DNA of 64,000 nucleotides from Macrostomum hystrix (Eukaryota; Animalia; Platyhelminthes): positions 1,674,001 through 1,738,000 of the forward strand of contig CATNEN010000015.1 in NCBI GenBank assembly GCA_950097015.1, read 5' to 3'. A program made the position numbers and the translations under genes. The notes below the pieces were generated by a model. It saw only the letters and a program-made list of their open reading frames with translations. It ran no database searches and was not told the DNA's origin. Below are positions 20,218-40,304 of this stretch, piece by piece. Each line of letters starts with the position of its first letter. Position 1 is the first letter of the stretch.

Positions 20218-23161
20218 ATGGGCGGCTACGCAGTTTACAAGGGGTCCGAGAACAGCGTCAACATCGGAGCAAGTGGCGGCTCGGGCAAGAGAGGCCTCTT
20301 CCAGACGGTGCCGATTCTCGTCCTGCTCGCGCTCGTCTTCGCGGACTCCGTGGTGGCGGTGACAACGGTAAGCAGTCCGCCGCCGGCGACTCCGGAAGCC
20401 TCGACGGCGCCGCCGCTCGTAAAAGACGCCCGACTGCGGGCTGGCGTCAAGCCCGTGCACTACAGCGTCACCCTGGCGCCCTACATCTACGGGACGAACG
20501 CATCGGCCTTCTACTTCACCGGCTCCGTCAGGGTGAGGCTCAGTGTCAAAGAGAGCACCCGCAACCTCAAGCTGCACGCAGACAGGATCTCGCTGACGGT
20601 CCAGGATATAAAGATCTACGATAACAGCTCCAAGAAAGACTTCACCGTCACGAGCGCTGTGTACGACGACAAGAGTCAGTGGTACAGCATCGACACGAGC
20701 GAGCCGCTGCCTGCGAACAGCTCAAGCATCGTCCTGCAGATCGACAAGTTCCGAGGTCCACTTGGGCCTGATCTGGGAGGTCTCTATCTGAGCTCCTACA
20801 CTGAGAACGGAGTTACAAAGTACCTGGCTATTTCTTATCTGTTGCCGACGTACGCCAGGAAGACGTTCCCGTGTTTCGATGAGCCTGGATTCAAGGCAAA
20901 GTTTGACATCAGCCTAGTGAGACTTGCGACTTTTAAGTCCATCAGCAACATGCCTTCAAAGCAGGAAAGCAAATTGAATGCCAAGCAGTGGTTTAGCGAG
21001 ATGGCCGACTCAGATCTTGTAGTAAAGGAGGACTTTGAGACTACTCCCATCATGTCTACTTACCTTCTGGCGTTCATTGTGTCTCAATTCGACTATGTAG
21101 ACAGCAAAGACGACAAGGGTCGCGTCTATCGCAACTGGGTTCGACCAGAGTTCAAAAGTACCACAAACTACTCGCTTGAGGCCGTCAAGAACATCACCCA
21201 GCACTTTGAGTCCTACTTCAACGTGTCATACCCGCTGACTAAATTGGATCAGGCTGCAGTTCCCGTATTCGACGCATCTGTGAGTGACAGCTGGGGAGTG
21301 CTGATGTATCAAGAGGGGTTTTTAGTATATGAAAAAACAAAAGCCACCAGCGCTACTTTCCAACTAATGACCATGGCTGTGAGCAACGTGCTCGCCCACA
21401 TGTGGTTCGGAAATCTGGTCACTCCGGACTGGTGGGACGATCTGTCAGTCAATGAGGCATTCGCCAGTTTCATGCAAGACATCGGAATGAGCTATCTGCA
21501 TCCCGACTGGGAAATCGATGCTCAATTCGTGTCAAATCAGCAGCTTGACGCCTTCCATGCCGATTCAAAAGTAATGAGCCACCCAATTTATCTTCCGGTT
21601 TATAGTCCGAGTCAGATCTCTGAGATCTTCAGCACCACCACCTTCAAAAAGGGCGCCGCCGTTCTCCGCATGCTTCATGGAGTCGTGGGTGACAAAGTGT
21701 TCCGACAAGGAGTCGGAAAATACCTGTCGGACAACAGTTACGGCAACGCATTCCACACTGCTCTCTATGACAGTCTGGCTCGACAGTACAAAGAAACGCG
21801 GGGCACACCGCTCGACGTGGGTCAAGTGATGGACCGCTGGATCAAGCAGATGGGATATCCCGTGCTTAACTGCTCCAGGAGTGCAGGCAAGCTCACGCTG
21901 ACCCAGAACCACTTCCTCAGCGACCCCAGCCAGAAGCCTAGCTACAAGAGTGACTACAATTACACGTGGATCATCCCAGTCACCTTGGGAACCAAGGAGA
22001 ATCTCACCTCGGGAATTCCGGAGGATTTGTCACGATTCGTGCAATGGATGGCCAACTAGAGCCAGACGTTCGACTTGCACGCCGGCTCGAGTTGGTACCT
22101 GCTCAATCTGCGCTCGCTCGGCTTCTACAGAGTGAACTACGAGCCAGCGAACTGGGAAGCTCTGATCCGACAGCTGCTGTCGGACCACAGCGTGTTCACT
22201 CCGCAGGACAGAGCCCGTCTCCTCGATGACAGCTTCTCTCTGGCCAGCGCAGGCTACCTGGACTACAGCGTTCCGCTCAACATGACTAAGTACTTGAAGA
22301 GAGAGACCCACTTGGCTCCGTGGCAGTCGGCCCTGTCGAAGATGAGATACCTGCACTCGATGCTCCACCGGCAGTCTCCGGAGTACGGTCCTCTGAGTGC
22401 CTACATGCGTGACCTGCTCGAAGGATCCTTCAACGAAGTCGGACTCGAGAACAAGGACAACGAGACGCACCTGACCCGACTGAAGCGAGAGCTCATCGTC
22501 TCATCGGCCTGCCTGTACGGTGTGCGAGGTTGCAAGGAGGCTGCAACGCAAAAGTTCAGCGAGTTCGTGAACTCAAATGACGTTAAATTTTACCACCATC
22601 GTCAGTCCGGACATCAGACGCCAGGTTCTCTGTGAAGGACTGGTCAACTCTTCTGTGGTCGTGTGGGACCGACTGTTTGAGTACAGCAAGACTGAATCAC
22701 ATCCGGGAATTAAGAAAGACATCATCCACAGCCTGGTCTGCACCAGCGAACAGTGGATTCTTAACCGCTACCTGAACTATGCTCTCGACGAATCCAGAGT
22801 CAGGAGGCAGGACTCCTTATTGGTGTGGCTTGCCGTTTCTGAGAACCCAAACCGTCAACATATCGTGTGGGACTATCTGCAGGGGAACTGGGAGAGAAAT
22901 CATAAGAATATCTCTGACTCCTTGTTTCCTGTTTCGAATGTCATCAACTCACTGGCCGACTTCAACAGCGAGCAGAAGCTTCTGGAGATGACGAAGTTCA
23001 AGGCGCAGCACAAGGACAACCTGGGCGCTGCGACGCAGGCCATTGACATAGCCCTGGAGAACGTGCACATTAACGTCAAGTGGATGAAGAGCTACCTTCC
23101 GGCTGTTCGCAGCTGGCTGGCCGATAATGTGAAACAGTTTGAAAAGCGGCGCGCGGTGTGA
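20218..23161 (+). pseudogene. Intronless M1 aminopeptidase N-like gene; catalytic motifs lost; in-frame TAG at 22057 and +1 frameshift near 22590
   Basis: N-terminal hydrophobic anchor and S/T/P stalk; ARKTFPCFDEP, MSTYLLAF, WFGNLVT, WIKQMGYP, GFYRVNY, DRARLLDDSF; ERAP1_C-like tail. Confidence 0.9.
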
Positions 23162-24131
23162 ACTTTGTGTGCGCGAACTGCGAGAAGAGTCCTGCTGACC
23201 AGTAATTATGAGTAGCAAATATCCTGAAAACCGTTAAGGAGCTGGGACAGAAAAAAATAGGTTTTAATTGTAATCCTGATTAACTTTGCGTAGTTGAACC
23301 GTAGTCTGTACTGGGCTTCAGGTGCTCTATACTGAAAGTGTGCAATTAACTTATCGTTGGGACTGCAAGGTCAATGTAGTTTTGTTGCCTCCAGGTAGTT
23401 TTGCTGCCTCAAATTTCTGTTTTACTTCACGGTTTCTTGTTAAATTTATTGGAATGTTTGATCACTTATTTATATATTAAACATTTTCTTTAACTTCAAT
23501 GTCGAGATATTCAGCGTTTCTTGTCGAAGACCCTGGTGACAAGGACAGCTAAAATTGCTCTGTTGAAAACTCTATGGCGGATTGGTATTGGTTAAATAAA
23601 AAACTATATTATCAATACGATCACTAATGATACCAGGCATGGTTTCTTGATGAAATTTTGCCTGTACCTATACCTTTGCTCGTATATTGGTGGTTTTCGC
23701 CACCCATCAGAAGCCCCTACAAGAATCGTTCGAAAGGCGATGAGAACACGGTGCTTCTTATTGAACGGACACGGTTTTTCAGTTTAACTGTGCTGGCTTC
23801 AAGGATCGTAGCTTTATAATATAATCCCGCTTGAATGAGATCTGTTGCTATTGGCTGGCAAATTATGCTTTTTACACCAGCTGAATTCAGATCATTTGCT
23901 CAACTCTCTATTCAAATGTCTTGCACTGTTTTATTCAACTGTCCTACGATGCGCTCACTGTAATGACACTCTAATTTTAATCATTTTTCGCGTTCGGTGT
24001 CCATTCGAATTACTTCCCTTCGATTTTTTGAACTCCTTGTTCCACCTTCGTTAGTCGCTGAGTCGCTCTCTAGCTGGGATTTCTTGTTGCCAGTTTACTC
24101 GGGGCTCTCAGTTCCTCTTTTCTTCTCCGTC

Positions 24132-25610
24132 ATGGCTTTCTCAAAGGATGAGCTGGCAGCTTCGATCCGCAAACGGGCAGGTATTCGGTCCAGCATCACT
24201 AAAATGGTTGGTAAGGCGGAGCTGGTGTTGGACAAAGGTGTGCAACGTGAAGTCGAGCGTGCGGAGGCGGCTGCATACCTTGACACTCTCCATTCAAGGC
24301 TCAGTGTTATGCAAGAGCTGGATGACGCCATAGAGGAATAGATTTCAGATGGCCAGTTAGAGTCGGAACGTGACGATAGGGAGCGTTACGAGATTCGGTG
24401 TCTCACGTGCATCAAGATGTTGGAGTCTGCTCTTTCTCAATCTTCTAGGCCGTTAGTTGGTTCGCCTCCCACTTAATCTTCGCTGCAACCTCAAGTCAAG
24501 TTGCCTAAGCTTCGGGTTCCGACCTTTGATGGGGAAATTTCGACTTGGCAGTCCTTCTGGGACCAGTTCGACTCGTCAACACATTCAAATTCTTCTCTGT
24601 CTGATATAGATAAGTTCAATTATCTTATCGCCTCTCTCTCTGAGTCGGCGAAGTCCTGCATCAGGGGTCTCGCGGTCACGGCTGGCAACTATGCTACTGC
24701 GGTTGATATCCTAAAGGAACGTTTTGGCAAGGCGGATGTGATAATCCAAGAGTTAATGCATAAGTTCTCAGAGCTCCACCTATCGGAACCGTCTTTTCGC
24801 GGTCTTCAACAATTTTACGATGACATTTCGGCAACCATGCGCAGTGTCGATACGCAGGGTGTCTCTGCTAAGTCGTACGAGTCACTTTTAGTTCCATCGC
24901 TGATGAGCAAGTGTCCATCAGCCTTCCGATTAGAGCTTTTAAGAGCCGCACAGACTCGGGGAGTGTCTATCAAGTCGCTAGAAAGTTTTCTGAACTCGTT
25001 AAAAATGAAATTTCGGTGCGTGAAAGTGCTATTCAGCATCCGAAATCAAAAGGAGTCGTCTAAGGCTTCGCGACCAGTGGAATCCAACAAGGCTTCTCAT
25101 CGTCATTCGTCTGTCTCAACTCTCGTGACACTTTCGCCGAAAGCGTCAAAAAAGACATCGAAGGTCTTCTGCACCGATTGCAAGGGATCGCACTCATCTG
25201 AGTCCTGCTATAAGGTCGCTTCTCTAGATCAGCGACGAGCCTTTCTGGCATCCGACACTCGCAGCTTTAGGTCACTTTATCCACTCACTGCAAAGACCCA
25301 AGGCTGTGTCGTGGCTGCTCAGGCAAGCATCATGTTAGCATCTGTCCGCAACATTCTCAAGCTGGACAACCGGCGGAGAAGTCAAGGTCATCAAAGGGCA
25401 GGCATCACCTCCCAACCAGTGCCTAACGACAGCATCGGAACCGTGTGAAACTTCTTCTAGGCCTTCATCGTCATCAGAATTTGCCTTGAAGACTTCCGTC
25501 CAATCTAAACCCGATAACAATTTCGCTCTAACGATGCTTATTTCGGGCAACCCGTCCGTGGCTCTGCCAGTCGCAAAGGCCATCCTTCTCAGATGGTCGC
25601 AAGGAGATGA
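24132..25610 (+). mobile_element. BEL/Pao retrotransposon gag remnant (DUF1759-like) with stops and frameshifts
   Basis: KLPKLRVPTFDGEISTWQSFWDQF, DIDKFNYL, NYATAVDILKERFG. The knuckle CRGCSGKHHVSIC is in a shifted frame. Confidence 0.85.
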
Positions 25611-27239
25611 TGGTGCGGGTCCAAGCTTTGCATACAAAGCTAAAGATTTTGGAAAAAATAATTTTCAATTCTGTTCACTATGATTTGATATACAGGTTGG
25701 AGAAGGAGCTCCGTGTTGCTCAAGAGGAAAGGCAAGGAGGAAGCTCACCCGGGTCAAAGAGACATTATCGAAATTAGCAGTGAGGAGGATGACTCTGTTA
25801 CTGCCAAACCCCAGGTTGAAGTACCTCAAAATTCGCCGGCTGAAGGTAAGTTGCCCCCATCATCGTAGTGGCGTCAGACGAACATCGTCCAGTGGCGGCT
25901 TTGGCACCTGGTGCTACATCCACGGCGACGCACGGTACAGCGCGGCTGAGTCAAAGGGCACCAGCCGTGCTTCGGCGGAAAACCAGCCGCTGTCATCAGG
26001 CGCGTCTGCACTTTAACACGGGCCCCAGGGCCTCCTGCTCTCCAGGAATGTGATCCCTGCCTAGGGTGGAGGTTGTGATCCCAGCTGTGATCCCAGCCGG
26101 CGGCCGACCTACCTTATTCGACAGCTGGGCGTTCGTCGGCCCGGTCACCTCGAGGGACGCTCACAACGATGCTGGCGAGCTGCGCGAACACCTGCGCAAG
26201 GAGCTGCTGCTGCCAGGGCCTTGGTTAGGCTGGTGCCAACGCTGCAGATTATGGCACCATGCCAGGGCCTGAACTAGGGATCCTGATGTCTGAAGGCCGC
26301 TATCTTTATGATGAGGATCGCGACCTGGCGCTCAACCAAGGCGTGAATGCGCCAGCCCACTACTTTTCAACGAGCCGTTTTCAACCGCTCGTTGTGGCGG
26401 TCGTGGAACTGGCTGCTTACGCCCTGGTGGGCCGGTAATACCTAGTATCGTCTCGGAGATGCGCCGCCTCGCCAGGGATCCACTCAGTCATGGAGAGTGA
26501 ATTTGGCCACTTGTCTAGTCGTGGCTCACTTTTAGTTAGCCTAGCACTTACCTGCGCGCACCTTTACTTTCTTCCAACCCCTTCTTTCTGACTGAGGCTT
26601 CACAATCCTCAGCTCTTTCTTTTCTCTGTTGAGTTCGGCTTCTCCACCGACACTCAACTCTTGATCAATCTCTTCTGCCCCTCCTCTACAGTCTGGTCAG
26701 TCCTCATGGCATTGGCTCTCAACCCTCTGCCGTTCTTTGTCAATTTTCCCTTCAGCAACATTCCTTTATTTTATCCGATCTTGGATAAAATTTGTTCCCT
26801 GGTTGCCTACTCTTTTGTCTCGCACCCTTATTTAATTTACATGTTGTTTACCACTTTGATTTGCACCTTTTCTTCCGTCTAGCTACATGAACAAGCTAAA
26901 TATAAGTATCTATGTAGCGCACATCTTACTATATACTTCAACATGTATACATGCACCAGTAAATGCACACACAGTACGTAGAATCTCTCGAAAACTTTTA
27001 GCCTTCCCGTTCTTGAAGATTTTCTATATGGCAGCACGCAATAATGCTTAAGTGAGTGACGAAGATGCTCGAACCGGAGGGACACAGCGCCTGTGAGGAA
27101 TGAGTCAGTCCATGCCTACGGACTAAGGTATTGATATTTGTTATAATGTCAAATGGCTTTATATGACTTTTCAATTGAGTCATTTTCAAATGAGTCCTAG
27201 TTTTGATTTAACAAAGTTCTGCTGCGTCTAGAAATCAGG

Positions 27240-27638
27240 TGTTGTTCCCTTTTCTAACTATCGATTCTAAATGGTTGATTCGCTAGCCTTGAGTAGAGTT
27301 AGGGTAAGCTCAACACTACCCACGGCTCTTCCCGCTTATTGGAGTAGGTCCAAATAAGTGGCTCCCTAGAAAGCAACTGAGTTTAACAGCACTTACGTTG
27401 CAATTTGTTGCCGATAGGTGACAGAGAGAGAGAGAGAGTGCGACGGGCGTGCGCGGCGAGAGGGCCGGGCAGGGGCGGGTCGACTTATATGCCAACGTGG
27501 GGTGGTGGGCCTGCGTAAACAGGCTAAGCGGGTAAGCCGCGGCGCCTGCCACACAACCCCCCAACTACACGCTGGCACCAATCAACCACCCCTGCACTTC
27601 AACCCCCCCACATAGCGCACTAAAGGCACCGCACAACA
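27240..27638. mobile_element. Solo LTR, 399 bp
   Basis: TGTTGT...ACAACA termini with CAGG TSD at 27236-39 and 27639-42. TATA-like CATATAAG and a (TC)n tract on the minus strand. Confidence 0.7.
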
Positions 27639-28908
27639 CAGGTTAAATTGTGAATTTTTCATAATTAAACTGTAATAAATGAATTTCCTAGCTGGAGCGT
27701 GAGGAATTTAAAGCTAGCGACCAGTCAGTGTCATACCAATCCTTTAGTAGCAGCGTCGTCCTCCGGCCCGGCGAAACTCCTATTGAAAAATAAAGAACAC
27801 AGAGTGAACAAAAGACTCGGAAGGAATTTGATTGGTGAGTTATTTAATCTTCTTTAGACTCCCCGACTCTAGATATAATAATTGTTGGATTTGACTTGAC
27901 TCTAGTTTACTTACTAAACTTATAAAAAATATACTACACGACAAAATGAGGAAATTCGCTCAGAAAATATAAGGCACTCACAGCGAGAAGCAAAAATAGG
28001 TCCGGGGAAATCGAAATATGATTTTCATAAACTGGCCTAGTCCGCGCTCCTGTTGACTCTGCTTTCAGCGCTGCCCCGACAGATTCTATCGGTTGGCACT
28101 CCTTCTGCCTGACGGCGGAGTCTCCGAAGAGAGCACGTACTGACTTCGACCACAAGCGCCTATCTAGACCACCATTGTCAGTGGTGTAGTCTTAAGACGC
28201 GTAGCGTCGAAAGCTACCTAACTGAACAAGTGGAGTGTGGTCGGGGCTGGGCGGGACAAAACAAAGTGGACTTGCTTGCACATGCTTCTTACGTAGTGAG
28301 GCGGATTGCGGTGAGTGATAAATTGTCACTGCAGAAACACGCTTTCTTTTATAGGGTTATTTTAAACACAAATCAGATCCATGGGCGAGGTTGATGCCCG
28401 GCTATAGCTTGAGCCAAGGTCAAGGTGACAAATCATAGTAGACTCGCAGCCGCTATCCTGAGCCCCGGAGTGGTTTCTTGCCGAGGGTAGACAGTAGTGA
28501 GGCCAGGTCGCTCGCTGATTGGCCGAGACTGTAGCCTAGGGGTAGCGCTCGTGGGGTTGTGGCATCCACCCCGGCTGGTCCGGCCGGGCGTGACCCTAGC
28601 TTAGCTAAAAAAACGCGTCTAAAAATAATTTACGTGAGAACTGAGAAATAACTCTGAATAAAAAATAACACGGGGGGACAGAAAGACAAACAAGATGACA
28701 CTTTAATAGTGATGTCTGACTATGCCTTCGACATGGCAAAATTATGTTTCTGATGCACTAAAGTCTAAAGACAGCATCAAGGCCTCAAAAACTAAAGTTA
28801 ACGCATAATTTCCTTTTGGAAATTTATTTTTACTTTTTTTCTCCTAAATCATCATAGGCTGTACATCCCTTTAAGTTATAACAATTGTTCATTTTGTTCA
28901 TCAGCTAA

Positions 28909-29660
28909 TGTGATGAAGGCTGCAACGGTCCAGGGCGTGATCAGTGTGTGAACTGAGAAGTTTCGTTACGAACAAATCAGTGCTTCATTGTAATGAGACT
29001 AAATTTGAGTTAATCAAAGTGTACCAAGATCTCTATGATGCTTCTAAGATGAAATTTTGGAACAAGTTTTTTGTCTTCAATTAGTCGGTTAGCGCATGCA
29101 GTGGCACACCATCAAGGCAAGCCATTGTGGCCATATTTGGTCCCCTGAGTTTGATTTCGCCTTTTATTGAAGCCAGTTAGGAAAATACCTTCAGCACTTG
29201 AGTGCTCATTGTTTTTTCTATACCTAAATAAAATAGCAATTTGACTCGTACTTCAAAATCAATTACTTCTACTTACAGTAGTATTTGTTGTACTGTCACC
29301 AAGTGATGTGCCATTTCCCACAGCCCTCCTGCGAAATAGAAAATGGCCTTCATTTCACTGCCATCAGTTTGCTGAAATCAGTCTTATTACACTTGTAAAA
29401 ATTATACTTTTTCACAGCAACAATCAAGCGGCTGAACTTTACACATATCTTTCTGGATTGTGTAGAAATGGATGAATTAAAGGGCTAAATTGAGAGTGCA
29501 CGTTGATGCGAATTTGCCTAAGCAGGTGGCAATCAATGCAGCTTGGCAGGTGCAAACACCAACTGGTGTTGGTCTTTTGAGGCTTTTCTTTGTAGACTTT
29601 GTAGCCAGGGGAGTGCATACAGGACAAGATGCCTACTCTGCCAAGGTCCTGCTCATGAAT
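28909..29660 (+). pseudogene. Possible highly decayed EGFR/furin-like receptor fragment
   Basis: CDEGCNGPGRDQCVN* fits a furin-like Cys repeat. A downstream hydrophobic stretch and RAKLRV are only weakly suggestive. Many stops. Confidence 0.25.
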
Positions 29661-31279
29661 ATTTAAAGCCGAACATTGCTTGCAGAGTAGGTGTTAAAAA
29701 CTTACCTACCTAATTTCCTCAATAATTCGCTTCTAAAAGTACCTCTATGTCACAATGACCGATAAAGAATTATTTTATTAATTAGTAACTGGAAATTTAC
29801 GAAATTTCGTTATAAAAAATGTTTTCGATGCACTTATACTGACTTAATTTGATTTGCTTTATTTAGCTGTGCGATCATAAAATACGGACAAAGATAGATC
29901 GGTCAAAGAGAGCAGTTATTGCGCGGCGCATCTGAAGGCTACGTACGGCTGCTCAGTCCATGGACCGGGGGACGCCACACCCGCCCTCAATTAGCCCAGC
30001 TAATGCTGGTACCAATTGGAAATGCTCCTGGAAATTAATTCTCGGAATTTACTGACAACTGATGCATGGCGAAGCGTTCAACTTTGACTGACTGCCTACA
30101 GCAGCATATCAGCTTGCAAGCATGTTGTTTCGGGACACCAAACTAAAATAGCTGGTCGGGAAAACATTTTGGGGTTTGATTCTTATTTATTATTGTGCTT
30201 TCTGAGTTTAATTTCCTGGACTTTAGACCACAGCGCCCATTATGCGTGTAGATGCATGTCTGGCTTATGTTTTATCACCTAGATTTTTATAGGCACGGAA
30301 AAACATATTTAGACTAATCTATCTTCAGTAATGCGAACTGGTGAGACTTCACTTGCATTCTATAAAAGAGACAATAGACACTCTCTTTAATGTTACTGCG
30401 AGATACGATGCGAAAACGAAACTATGCCTTAGTATTAAAGTACATCAAAATGCATTTCTCTACATTTCTGTTGTGTCCCGAGACGGACCAGCCGCCTTAC
30501 GTCGCGCTCTGAACGAGCAGGGAGGCCCAGCACTTCAGTCATGCTGACAACCAGAGTCGCACGAGCACAAATTCTCTGGAGACTAATGCCCTGTTTTACT
30601 GAACCCCAAAAAACACAGGAACAAAGAATCTTGCCTTGAATTGCCGATATGGCTGTAGGTTTCAGCATTTTATTTATTCGAACGACGCATAAATAACATC
30701 TCCGTCTAAGAGAGATGACACAAGAGTTGATAAAGAAATTTGGAATAAAAGTCATTCTTATAGCTGACTTCAAGCTCAGGACTTTCGCGTTAAGTCAATT
30801 GATATAAAAAATTAAGATTATCTAAAAAATACTAAGAGAAATATTTTAAATAAAAGATTTAAGAAAATAAAAGACGGCAAAAGAGAAAATATGTTAGGAA
30901 GTTTGTTTTACACATAAAGAAATAATTTTAAAATTAAAAAAAAACTATTTAAAAAGCTGCCTGCAGGCCTGCATATGTTCTATTGAAAAACTCCAGCTTA
31001 AAAAAATCTAGCTAGGCTTCTTAAGGCTCATTCGGTTGTCGACAATCGTTCTTGTTGGCCCTCTTTTTCGAATAATTTTTAGTACAAGTGTTTGTTAGTG
31101 TGGTGTGTTTTTTATTTTAATCAAGTTTTTTTACACGATAAAAGTGACACCGTCACAATAGCGTCGTGAGTGTACATTTAGAATTTTTCTCGCAAGTTTA
31201 CTATAGGTTTCTTGATTTTCTTTGTTGAAATATTTCTTAAATCCTAGAACCCGACTTCAAATACTAAACTATAGCTATC

Positions 31280-39605
<8,326 letters not shown>

Positions 39606-40304
39606 GCGCGGAGTTTCAAAGGCCCGCTGCCACTGAAAAGAACATTTCGGGTGAATGATTTTATTTTTTATTTCAAAACTGAAACTTTAGTTCTCCGAAC
39701 TCTATCGATATATACTAGTATATTGTGCTTTGTGGTATTGACAAACTGTAGCTACAGTAATGCCCATACTTATTAATAACAATTGTGTAGTTAATAGTAA
39801 TCCTGTCGTTCGCACCGCCCAAGTGTCAGTTTTTTTCTGTCTTACAGGAATAATCAAGGCATTTTTATCAGCTTTCATCGATCATTTTTTATACTGCTTC
39901 GTTACCGTTAATGTTTTTTCTGACGCTAATTCCCTTGTTGCTACTTTTAGTAGCTACTACAAGGCGTTAAAGAATCGAGTAATTAAGTTTTTCCACCTTA
40001 GCACTACTCACCCTGTGTGTTTTCTCCCAGCCAGTGTGTTGTGCTCTTTAATTCAATTGAATTTGAAAAAATACACAAATGTTTATTTTATAGTCCAGTT
40101 GGTCTGTCTGATCGCACCTACATTTTAATACTAATAAATAATAATATATAGTAATTAGTAATCTACTATGATTAGCTTGGGCAGCAAGTTCGCTAGCTAT
40201 CAGTTTTTTATTTTGGACTATAAAGAGTTTATTACCAGTTTGTTCGCTTTATTTCGTTTTTTAATTAAATTACATTTTATGTGATTTTATGTGATACTAT
40301 TGGT

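Noticed and set aside
25695-25850. Peptide KRKGKEEA...DIIEISSEEDD (NLS/SIM-like) between splice-like sites
   Set aside because: The frame is inconsistent across the segment and there is no recognisable parent gene or element.
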